NCBI GenBank assembly: GCA_949293405.1
Contig: CASFDI010000067.1
Location: 534-64,533, forward strand
DNA: 64,000 bases
Origin: an uncultured bacterium
GTDB taxonomy: Bacteria > Bacillota > Clostridia > Oscillospirales > CAG-272
Direction: 5' to 3'
Shown here: positions 35,826 through 44,250 of the stretch, piece by piece
How the letters are laid out: every line of letters starts with the position of its first letter
How positions within the stretch are numbered: the first letter of the stretch is position 1
Notes under the pieces: generated by a model
Told to the model about the DNA's origin: nothing
The model's database searches: none
The model's input: the letters and a program-made list of their open reading frames with translations, nothing else
Made by a program: the position numbers and the translations under genes

Positions 35826-37091
35826 ATGCTGACAAAAGAACAATTGCCCGCGGCGGTTGCTGCGGCGGAAGATGCCCTGCGACCTTTTTTTGAACGGATT
35901 GATCGTATTTCACAGGCAAATACGGCGAAAATCATGAGTATCTTCCGGGAAGAGCGGGTCAGCGAATCGCTTTTCGCACCCAGCAGCGGTTACGGCTACG
36001 ACGACCGCGGCCGGGATACGCTCGACCGGATTTACGCCCGGGTGTTCGGCGCGGAAGCGGCCGTTGTGCGGCACAGCATCGCCAGCGGCACACATGCACT
36101 CACCATCGGGCTGTTCGGGCTTTTGCGCCCGGGCGATATTCTGCTTGCCCTTACCGGTAAACCGTACGACACGCTGGACGAAGTGATCGGCGTATCGGGC
36201 GAGCCGGGGCGCGGCTCTCTGGCTGATTTCGGCGTACAATATGAAGAGGTGCCCCTGCTCCCGGACGGTTCTCCCGACCGTGACGCTATTCTGCAGGCCC
36301 TGAACAAATGGGGGGAGCGCGTCAAGGTTGCTTTCATCCAGCGTTCCAAGGGATACCTCAACCGTCCCACCCTGTCGGTACCGGAAATCGGGAACCTCGC
36401 CGGGCTGGTCCATGCCAACAGCGGGGCCTATGTTGTGGTCGACAACTGCTATGGAGAGTTCGTGGAAGAACAGGAACCTACCGAAGTGGGAGCAGATCTT
36501 GTGATCGGTTCCCTGATCAAGAACCCGGGTGGCGGCATGGCAGAGTCGGGCGGATATCTGGCGGGGACGCGGCGCGCGGTGGAATTGTGCGGTTACCGGC
36601 TGACCGCCCCGGGTGTGGGGACTGAAATCGGCGCTACGCTCGGCCAGACAAAATCCATGTACAAGGGGCTGTTTTATGCCCCGCATTCGGTTGCGCAAGC
36701 ACTGAAAACAGCTCATCTGGCTGCCTACCTGTTTGACGCCATGGGATACGGCACCGAGCCGAAATGGAATGTCACGCGCTCGGACATTATCCAGGCGGTA
36801 CATCTGGGGAGTGCGGAGCGGCTGATTGCCTTCTGTCGCGGCATTCAGGAAGGATCGCCGGTTGACGCCTTCGTCAGCTGTGAACCATGGGACATGCCCG
36901 GCTACAGCGATCCGGTGATCATGGCTGCCGGCACCTTCACCCAGGGCGCTTCGCTCGAACTGTCCGCAGACGGACCCATCCGCCCGCCGTATACCGCCTT
37001 TTTCCAGGGAGGACTGACTTATGAAAGCGGTAAAATCGGCGTGCTCAGCGCCGTCGGAAAAATACTCGCACTGAACGAACAGGGGAACTGA
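35826..37091 (+). CDS. PLP-dependent Cys/Met-metabolism family protein (YnbB / aluminium-resistance-protein family)
   Basis: 421 aa. The N-terminal pattern ...FAPSSGYGYDDRGRDTLDRIYARVFGAEAAVVR... and SLIKNPGGG are typical of this family. Confidence 0.7.
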   Translation: MLTKEQLPAAVAAAEDALRPFFERIDRISQANTAKIMSIFREERVSESLFAPSSGYGYDDRGRDTLDRIYARVFGAEAAVVRHSIASGTHALTIGLFGLLRPGDILLALTGKPYDTLDEVIGVSGEPGRGSLADFGVQYEEVPLLPDGSPDRDAILQALNKWGERVKVAFIQRSKGYLNRPTLSVPEIGNLAGLVHANSGAYVVVDNCYGEFVEEQEPTEVGADLVIGSLIKNPGGGMAESGGYLAGTRRAVELCGYRLTAPGVGTEIGATLGQTKSMYKGLFYAPHSVAQALKTAHLAAYLFDAMGYGTEPKWNVTRSDIIQAVHLGSAERLIAFCRGIQEGSPVDAFVSCEPWDMPGYSDPVIMAAGTFTQGASLELSADGPIRPPYTAFFQGGLTYESGKIGVLSAVGKILALNEQGN

Positions 37092-37092
37092 A

Positions 37093-38256
37093 ATGAAACG
37101 AATTTGTCTGTTTACCGCTCTGCTGCTGGTCCTGACCGTCTGCCTGCTTTGCGGGTGCGGCAGAGACGACACCGTACCGGAAGGCATGAAATACGCCTCT
37201 GACCCGGCGCGCGATGGTTTTTCCCTGTTTGTACCGGATTACTGGACTGTCACGCAAAACGGAATCGTGTGCGGTGCTTATGTGTCCAATCTTGACGAAA
37301 GCAATGTCACCGCTGTCTTTACCCCGTCCGATGCTCCGGACGCCGCTTCGTTTTTTGAAGAGTCCACCGGACGCCTTGAAAAACTGTTTTCCGACTTCCG
37401 GCAGGAAGTAGCGGGAGAGACCGTGACGGCAGGAACCGAGAAAAATGCAAAGAGCGGGTATTCCTTTGTGTACAGCGGCGTGCGCGAAGAAACAACATAC
37501 CGCATCAACCAGATTCTGGTTCCGCTTACTCTCAGCGGTGAAGAAGGGTACTTTGTGCTGACCTATACTGCCTCTGCCGAGACCAACCGGACCGATTCCA
37601 CCGATTACGAAGACAATTACGCCGACTTCGAAAAGATCGTGCAGAATGTCGTGTTCGGAGAGCAGACCTCTGCCCCTGCCCCGTCCGAGCCGGTAGTGGA
37701 CAGGCACACCCCGGCAGGCATGCAGCTTGCCTCCAACAGCAAGGCCACAGAGTACCGTCTCTATGTGCCGCTCTCCTGGACCGTGGACATGCATTCCGGC
37801 TTTACTTCTGCATATACCGGTACCGACTATCCGGTTTCGGTCAATGCGGCCGTGTATTATCCGGAGGAAATCACCTCAACCGCGGAATACTGGATCCGGT
37901 ACAAGGTCACCCCGATGGCGCAGTATTTTGATCAGCTGCAGATTCTGACCGACAGCGGTACCATCACGCCCGAGGCAGCGACAGAACAGTATGAACAGAG
38001 CGGCGATGTGACCGGCAGCTGGACCAGGCTGCAGGTGGGCGGATGCGATGCCTTCCGGTATGAGTTTCTCGCCGTTCTGGGAGACACCTGGTACCGCATC
38101 AGTCATGTTTATGTGATCAACCAGAGCTTTTTTGACCGGGGGCTGTACTGTCTGACCTTTACCTGCAGCGCAGACAGCGCCGATGCGGCGAACGCCGCGA
38201 TGGAAGCCCACGCAGAAGAATTTACGGATATATTGGACACCTTTACTTTTGACTGA
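37093..38256 (+). CDS. hypothetical lipoprotein
   Basis: Signal peptide plus lipobox (LLVLTVCLLCGCG). I recognised no family. The start lies 1 nt after the upstream stop. Confidence 0.6.
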   Translation: MKRICLFTALLLVLTVCLLCGCGRDDTVPEGMKYASDPARDGFSLFVPDYWTVTQNGIVCGAYVSNLDESNVTAVFTPSDAPDAASFFEESTGRLEKLFSDFRQEVAGETVTAGTEKNAKSGYSFVYSGVREETTYRINQILVPLTLSGEEGYFVLTYTASAETNRTDSTDYEDNYADFEKIVQNVVFGEQTSAPAPSEPVVDRHTPAGMQLASNSKATEYRLYVPLSWTVDMHSGFTSAYTGTDYPVSVNAAVYYPEEITSTAEYWIRYKVTPMAQYFDQLQILTDSGTITPEAATEQYEQSGDVTGSWTRLQVGGCDAFRYEFLAVLGDTWYRISHVYVINQSFFDRGLYCLTFTCSADSADAANAAMEAHAEEFTDILDTFTFD

Positions 38257-38272
38257 CGATACGAGAATAACC

Positions 38273-39436
38273 ATGAAAACGATTTATCTTGACCACAGCG
38301 CAACCACGCCGGTTTCCGAGGGGGCGCTGGCTGCTTACTGTGACGCTTCGCGCCTGACTTTCGGCAATCCCTCTTCCCTGCACGCAGTGGGAAAGGCAGC
38401 TGAAGATCTGCTGACCGAGAGCCGGACGACGGTCCGAGGGGCACTCGGGGCGACCGACGGAACACTGGTCTTCACTTCGGGAGGAACCGAAGCCAATAAC
38501 CTTGCCCTGTTCGGGCGCGCCTATGCCAAAGAGCGCTACCGCACAGGCAAAACCATTCTCACCACTGCAGGCGAGCACGCCTCGGTGGAGCGGCCGCTGG
38601 CCGCACTGGCCACAGCCGGCTACCGCGTCATCACTCTGCCCACACGCGGCGGCGTGATCGATATGGAAGCGGCGACCGCCGCCATGAACGAACAGGTGAT
38701 CCTGGTCAGCGCCATGCTGGTCAACAACGAGACCGGAGCGCTTTACAATATTGCCTCCCTTTCTGCCTGTATGAAGCGGCTGGCGCCCGAGGCGATCCTG
38801 CACTGTGATGCAACGCAGGGCTTTCTGCGGACTGAGACATCTCCCCGCCGGCTGGGTGCGGACCTGATTACGGTTTCCGCTCATAAGATCGGCGGTCCCA
38901 AGGGAATCGGAGCGCTCTGGGTATCCCCCGCTGTCCTGAAAAACCGCGGACTCACCCCGTATCTGCTGGGCGGCGGGCAGGAAAGCGGACTGCGCTCCGG
39001 AACCGAAAATGTTCCCGCGGCGGCCGCTATGGCAGAGGCCTGCCGGGAAGGCGTGCGGGACCGCGCGGCACGCATGGAACACCTGCGTGCCCTGGAAGAG
39101 CACCTGCTGTCTCTGCTGCAGCAGATTCCGCAGATCAGATGCAACCGGGCGCCGGTCAGTGTGCCGCATATCTTCAGCATCACTCTGCCCGATATCAAAA
39201 GCGAAACCATGCTGCATTTTCTCTCCTCGCGCGGCATTTCGGTCTCCAGCGGTTCGGCCTGTTCCTCTCACGGACGGCACGGCGCCACACCGCTTGCCGC
39301 GTTCGGGCTTTCCGACCGGGAAGCAGACTGCACCATCCGGGTCAGCCTCTCACATACCAATACTGCCGGGGATCTGGACGCGCTGGCCGAGGGACTGCGT
39401 GCCGGTCTTGACAGTCTGGTCCGGATGCGTCCCTGA
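38273..39436 (+). CDS. nifS: cysteine desulfurase (NifS/IscS class V aminotransferase)
   Basis: MKTIYLDHSATTP start, PLP-lysine motif SAHKIGGPKG and active-site loop SSGSACSS. Confidence 0.88.
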   Translation: MKTIYLDHSATTPVSEGALAAYCDASRLTFGNPSSLHAVGKAAEDLLTESRTTVRGALGATDGTLVFTSGGTEANNLALFGRAYAKERYRTGKTILTTAGEHASVERPLAALATAGYRVITLPTRGGVIDMEAATAAMNEQVILVSAMLVNNETGALYNIASLSACMKRLAPEAILHCDATQGFLRTETSPRRLGADLITVSAHKIGGPKGIGALWVSPAVLKNRGLTPYLLGGGQESGLRSGTENVPAAAAMAEACREGVRDRAARMEHLRALEEHLLSLLQQIPQIRCNRAPVSVPHIFSITLPDIKSETMLHFLSSRGISVSSGSACSSHGRHGATPLAAFGLSDREADCTIRVSLSHTNTAGDLDALAEGLRAGLDSLVRMRP

Positions 39437-39437
39437 C

Positions 39438-39470
39438 ATAAAAACGGACCTGCACCGAAGTGCAGGCCCG
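39438..39470 (-). terminator. intrinsic terminator of the small minus-strand ORF
   Basis: Hairpin GGACCTGCAC/GTGCAGGCCC (one mismatch). On the minus strand it is followed by GTTTTTATG. Confidence 0.6.
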
Positions 39471-39487
39471 CCGCCGGCTTGATTGTG

Positions 39488-39682
39488 TCAGCTGTTTTCC
39501 ACTGCGCTGGTCCCATCGGACAGCGACATGACGATCAGCTTCAGCTCCGCTTCTGACATTGCCCCGCGCGCTTTTTCTATAATTCCGTTCTTTTCCTGTT
39601 CGTTCATGCGTGCAAAATGTTGCATTGCACGCTTATCCTGTGCCATGACATACATCAATCCAAAGGGCAGTTCCTGACGCAT
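39488..39682 (-). CDS. small hypothetical protein (64 aa)
   Basis: ORF with RBS GTGAGGT about 8 nt upstream and its own downstream terminator. The sequence is helical and charged. I recognised no family. Confidence 0.45.
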   Translation of the reverse strand: MRQELPFGLMYVMAQDKRAMQHFARMNEQEKNGIIEKARGAMSEAELKLIVMSLSDGTSAVENS

Positions 39683-39801
39683 CCGCGGTACCTCACAATC
39701 CGGAAACCGCAGACATGCACCAGTCGTGTCCCGTTTCCTCGCATACAGTATCTGCGCCGTTCTGCCAGCTTATTCACCCCCATTGAAAGGAAATCTGTGC
39801 C

Positions 39802-41046
39802 ATGCCGCATTTTTTCAAAACCGACATTCTGCTGCCCGATTTTTCGCAGATCGACGGGCCTCTCTGGCCGGTCATTGCCTGCGATCAGTTCACAGGCGAA
39901 CCGGAATACTGGGAAGCCGTCGCCGCACTGGTAAAAGAGGCTCCTTCCACGCTGAATCTGATTCTGCCAGAAATTTATCTTGCAGAACGGGATCAGCGTC
40001 TGCCCGCCATCCGGCAGCATATGAAGGAATACCGTGCGGTCCTGCTGCAGCTTCACCGGGATGCCATGATCTATATCGAACGCACCGATTCTTCGGGGCA
40101 TGTAAGGCGCGGGCTGGTGGGTGCCATTGATCTTGAGGAGTACGATTACAGCCGGCAGTCGCACAGCCTGATCCGGGCAACCGAAGGCACGGTGACCGAC
40201 CGCATCCCGCCCCGGCTTGCGGTGCGGCGTCAGGCGTCGCTGGAACTGCCGCATGTGATGCTGCTGATGGACGATCCCGAAGACCGGGTTATCGGACCGC
40301 TCACCGCCGGCAAGGATACCTTTACCCGGTTGTACGACCTGCCGCTGATGCTGGGCGGCGGACGGGTGTGCGGCTATCTGCTTCCGCCCGAGACGGCGGA
40401 TGCGGTATCGGCGCGCGCCGATGCCCTGATGCCCCGGGATGCCGCTCCCCTGCTCTTCGCAGTAGGAGACGGCAATCACTCACTTGCAACAGCCAGAGAG
40501 CATTACCTGCTTCTCAAAGAGGAGCTGGGTGAGGCGGCCCTGAATCACCCGGCGCGGTATGCGCTGGTGGAGCTGGTCAATCTGCATGACGATTCTCTCG
40601 CTTTTGAACCCATTTACCGTATTGTATACGGAGTTGATCCGTCGCATCTGATCGGAGAGCTGACCGCCCGGGCGGCGACCTGCGCCTACGACCCCGCCTG
40701 CCGGTGCTACCCGCGCCAGCAGATTGATTTTCTTGCCGGTCAGCGGTCGGGCTCCGTTTCATTTGTGCATGGCACGCACTCATTGCCGGTGGGAACCCTG
40801 CAGACTTTTCTCGACTCATACTGCGCCTGCCATCCGGATGCGGTTGTAGACTATATTCACGGCGAAGATACACTGCGCCGTCTTGCAGCGCGCACCGATG
40901 CAGTCGGATTTCTCTTTCAGGGCATGGGAAAATACGATCTGTTCCCCGCTGTGATGCGTGACGGTCCTCTGCCGCGCAAAACCTTTTCCATGGGACATGC
41001 CCGGGACAAGCGCTACTATCTTGAGGCGAGGTGCATCCGGCCATGA
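39802..41046 (+). CDS. DUF1015 domain-containing protein
   Basis: 414 aa. The pattern RRGLVGAIDLEEYDY...IRATEGTVTDRIPPRL...VMLLMDD resembles the conserved DUF1015 core. Confidence 0.6.
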   Translation: MPHFFKTDILLPDFSQIDGPLWPVIACDQFTGEPEYWEAVAALVKEAPSTLNLILPEIYLAERDQRLPAIRQHMKEYRAVLLQLHRDAMIYIERTDSSGHVRRGLVGAIDLEEYDYSRQSHSLIRATEGTVTDRIPPRLAVRRQASLELPHVMLLMDDPEDRVIGPLTAGKDTFTRLYDLPLMLGGGRVCGYLLPPETADAVSARADALMPRDAAPLLFAVGDGNHSLATAREHYLLLKEELGEAALNHPARYALVELVNLHDDSLAFEPIYRIVYGVDPSHLIGELTARAATCAYDPACRCYPRQQIDFLAGQRSGSVSFVHGTHSLPVGTLQTFLDSYCACHPDAVVDYIHGEDTLRRLAARTDAVGFLFQGMGKYDLFPAVMRDGPLPRKTFSMGHARDKRYYLEARCIRP

Positions 41047-41456
41047 ATCTTCCACCTTTCTCTCAAAACAGCAAATCCTCACGCATCTGGCTGCTGATCC
41101 TGCTGATCCTGAATACCGCAGTGATTCTGATTTCCTATTTCATCCTGGTCAACATGTTTCAGTATGCCTTTCTGTTTTATTACGGCGCACTGGCCATTCT
41201 GGCGCTCACCTATGTGATCTATAACCGCGGTTTTGCCGCCGACCGGGTGACACCCGAGATGTTCCCGCCCGACACCAGCCTGGTGAAAATACAGGAATTT
41301 TTCGAAAAGCGCGACCGGCGTAAACAGGCGTCCAAATGGATGCTGACCCTGATCATTCCGCTGGTTTTCACCTTTCTGATTGATGTGATCATTCTCTTTT
41401 TCGGTGATGCCATCCTTTCCTTCTGGAATCAGTTGACCGGGGGCGGCGCTTCATGA
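41043..41456 (+). CDS. hypothetical membrane protein (3-4 TM)
   Basis: ATGA start/stop overlaps at both ends. It has hydrophobic helices and I recognised no family. Confidence 0.55.
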   Translation: MNLPPFSQNSKSSRIWLLILLILNTAVILISYFILVNMFQYAFLFYYGALAILALTYVIYNRGFAADRVTPEMFPPDTSLVKIQEFFEKRDRRKQASKWMLTLIIPLVFTFLIDVIILFFGDAILSFWNQLTGGGAS

Positions 41457-41932
41457 TGCGGGTAACGCTGATATCGGTTGGGACGGTGAAGGAGTCCTAC
41501 CTGCAGCAAGCCCTGCAGGAATACCGCAAACGTCTGTCTGCTTTCTGCCGTCTGCAGGAGATCGAACTGCGCGAAGCGCGTATTGCAGACGAAGACGATC
41601 CTGAACAGGTGCGGCGTGCGCTGGAAGTGGAAGGGGAGCAGATTCTGTCACGCATTCCCGCCGGCAGTTACCGGATCGCCCTGTGTGTGGAAGGGACGCA
41701 GTACGATTCCCCTGCCCTGGCGGCCCTGCTGGAACGCGGCGCAGGACATAGCGGTAAATTAACGCTGATCATCGGCTCCTCCCACGGACTGTCCGACACC
41801 GTAAAAGCGGCGTGTGACTGCCGTCTCTCGGTCTCAAAAATGACCTTTCCGCATCAGCTGATGCGGGTCATCCTGCTGGAAGGGTTGTATCGCTCTTTCA
41901 CCATCACTGCCGGAAAGAAGTATCACAAATGA
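41453..41932 (+). CDS. rlmH: 23S rRNA (pseudouridine1915-N3)-methyltransferase
   Basis: 159-aa SPOUT protein. The N-terminus (VTLISVGTVKESYLQQALQEYRKRL) and C-terminus (LSVSKMTFPHQLMRVILLEGLYRSF) are typical of RlmH. Confidence 0.9.
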   Translation: MMRVTLISVGTVKESYLQQALQEYRKRLSAFCRLQEIELREARIADEDDPEQVRRALEVEGEQILSRIPAGSYRIALCVEGTQYDSPALAALLERGAGHSGKLTLIIGSSHGLSDTVKAACDCRLSVSKMTFPHQLMRVILLEGLYRSFTITAGKKYHK

Positions 41933-42657
41933 ACCACTGCAAAACACCGGCCGCCGCCCTGCGGCACGCACCGCCCGCCCCGGTACCACAGGACCTGTTT
42001 GCCTTGCCTGCCCCTCTGCTTGCGCCGCTTCTGCTCGGGAAAATCCTGCAGGTAACAGGTCCGGACGGCGCCGTGCGGCGCGCGCGCATTACAGAAACGG
42101 AAGCCTATTTTGGCGAAGAAGACACCGCCTGTCACGCCCATCACGGGAAGACGGCGCGCACCGCTCCGCTCTATGAAGCAGGCGGCATCTGCTATGTCTA
42201 TCTCTGCTACGGCATTCACTCCCTGATGAATGTGGTCAGCGGTCCCGCCGGGCATCCGGAGGCGGTGCTGCTGCGCGGAGTGAAAGGAGCGCCGGGCCCC
42301 GGCCGGGCAGCCGCACATCTGCATATTGACCGCTCCTGCAACCGTGAGCCCATTCTGCCCGCGGGCAGCCGGGTCGCCCTCCTGTCGGACGGCTGCCTGC
42401 CCCTCTTTCGCACATCGGCACGGGTGGGCATCCCCTATGCGGCAGAGGAAGACCGCAACCGCCCCTGGCGTTTTATTCTGATCCGGGAGGAACCTATGGA
42501 AGACAAAATCTACACCGTCAGCAAAATCGAAGGCGAATACGCCACCCTGCGGGATGAGGAAGGCGAAGAACTGTTCATCGCGCTTGCCCTGTTGCCCGCC
42601 AATACCGACGTCGGTGCGCGTCTGGTCTGCCGGGATCTGAGTTTCTACCCTGCCTGA
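41929..42657 (+). CDS. DNA-3-methyladenine glycosylase (MPG/AAG family) fused to a DUF3006-like C-terminal domain
   Basis: MPG motifs LLGKIL ... ITETEAYFGEEDTACHA ... YVYLCYGIHSLMNVV. The last 53 aa (MEDKIYTVSKIEGEYATLRDEEGEEL...LLP...) look like DUF3006. Confidence 0.8.
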   Translation: MNHCKTPAAALRHAPPAPVPQDLFALPAPLLAPLLLGKILQVTGPDGAVRRARITETEAYFGEEDTACHAHHGKTARTAPLYEAGGICYVYLCYGIHSLMNVVSGPAGHPEAVLLRGVKGAPGPGRAAAHLHIDRSCNREPILPAGSRVALLSDGCLPLFRTSARVGIPYAAEEDRNRPWRFILIREEPMEDKIYTVSKIEGEYATLRDEEGEELFIALALLPANTDVGARLVCRDLSFYPA

Positions 42658-42766
42658 CCCCTGTGCCTCACCGTGCGGGTACAGGAGTGCCTGCGCTTGC
42701 CTTTTCAGACAATTGAATGCCGGATCGGTCATCCACGGAAGCGGATCGCCCTCATCCGACAGAAGA

Positions 42767-42810
42767 AACATCCTCCTGTGGCACAATAGCCGCAGGAGGA
42801 TGTTGTTTTC
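42767..42810 (+). terminator. intrinsic terminator after the glycosylase gene
   Basis: 12-bp stem AACATCCTCCTG/CAGGAGGATGTT followed by GTTTTC. Confidence 0.7.
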
Positions 42811-42847
42811 AGAATGCGAAAAGCAGGCATGCCGTCAGGATCCCCTG

Positions 42848-43237
42848 TCAGTCCAGCACCTGCAGCACGACCACCCGCCCGGTTTTTTCATTATAAGAAA
42901 CGCGCGCTTTCTTCCCGTTCAGTTCGGAAAAAGGAGGACGGATCAGTCTGAAAAGACCGGGGGAGCCGATGGCTCCGGTCTCCGCTTCGATCCTCTCCCC
43001 GCAGACGGTAGCATCCACCGTAAAGAGAATCCGGGAAAGAAACCCGGGGTGCGGGTCGCGCAGTCGGGTCTCAGACACCAGACAGGCCCCGGGAGAACGG
43101 GTAATGCCCGCCATGACATAAACCGGATACAACACTGCTGGCATCGCACACAGCACAATGGGAATCAGGGTAAACAGGAACTCCGGCTTTCCCAGCAACA
43201 GACAGAGTCCCGCAATCAACGCGCAGCAGGCACACAT
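42848..43237 (-). CDS. hypothetical membrane protein, likely 5'-truncated by a frameshift (full unit 42848-43329)
   Basis: The 129-aa ORF has two N-terminal TM helices and no RBS. A 37-codon ORF with a strong RBS starts at 43329 and would join in frame if the T6 run (43262-43267) had one more base. Confidence 0.45.
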   Translation of the reverse strand: MCACCALIAGLCLLLGKPEFLFTLIPIVLCAMPAVLYPVYVMAGITRSPGACLVSETRLRDPHPGFLSRILFTVDATVCGERIEAETGAIGSPGLFRLIRPPFSELNGKKARVSYNEKTGRVVVLQVLD

Positions 43238-43419
43238 CGGAATCGCATCCGAAATCGCCTGTTTTTTCCAGACCGATAATCCACGGATTTCTTCAGCATC
43301 CGTTTCATTTCCCGCTCTTCGCTATTCATCCCCTATCCTCCCTGTGCGGCCGCACTCATCCGGCACGGTTTGCGCATGCACGCAGGAGCGGTCGGTGTCC
43401 GTACCGGCAGATCTCTGAC

Positions 43420-43983
43420 TTATGCGTGGGGCACGATCGGAGTGCCGTCGCCATGGAACAGCGGCAGATTCGCCAGCACCGTGATGTCGGAGCGTCCGAT
43501 GGCATCCCCCTCTGCAAGAGCCGCCATTCTGCCGACCACCTGTCCCCCCGCCTGCTCTACCAATGTCTCCAGAGCGCGAAGAGATGCCCCCGTGCTGACC
43601 ACATCATCCACCACCAGGACACGCTTCCCTTTCAGATAGGCAGCATCCGCACCGTCCAGATACAGCACCTGAGATGCGGAGGTGGTAATGGATTTGACTT
43701 CATATTTGATGACATCGCGCATGTAGAGTTTAATACTTTTACGTGCCAGGACATAGCGGTTTTTCCCGCCCAGCCGGGTCATGGAACAGATCAGTGGAAT
43801 GCCCTTGGACTCGGCAGTGATCATGACATCGTACGCCGGGGCCAGTTCCAGCAGTTTTTCCGCACACCTCTCGGTCAGTTCGATATCTCCGAACATGATG
43901 AAGGCTCCGATATACAGATCCTGATGAATCGGGCACAGCGGCAGTTGGCGTGTCAGTCCGGCAATATGTAAGGTATATTCCAT
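43420..43983 (-). CDS. phosphoribosyltransferase family protein (purine PRTase-like)
   Basis: PRPP-binding motif VLVVDDVVSTGAS. 187 aa. RBS GAGAGGAG. The ORF-track extension to 44100 is rejected. Confidence 0.75.
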   Translation of the reverse strand: MEYTLHIAGLTRQLPLCPIHQDLYIGAFIMFGDIELTERCAEKLLELAPAYDVMITAESKGIPLICSMTRLGGKNRYVLARKSIKLYMRDVIKYEVKSITTSASQVLYLDGADAAYLKGKRVLVVDDVVSTGASLRALETLVEQAGGQVVGRMAALAEGDAIGRSDITVLANLPLFHGDGTPIVPHA

Positions 43984-44250
43984 ACGGCAATGCTCCTCTC
44001 TTTTCACTGTAACCAGTATACTACTTTTTTCTTCATTTTGCAATACGGAAAGACATAAGTCGTCCCTGCTCCGGAGAAAAATACCTCCGGACCGCGACAA
44101 ACAGATCCGTTCCCCTGTGGAGCGTTCCGCCTGAAACCATTACCTGTGAAATTCCGCCCTGTTTTTTTCCTTATATATATTTTCTTTTCATTTGTTTTAT
44201 GTTACAATAGCATCACACGCCGCACGAGCCGGTTTAAAAAGGAGCATTTC

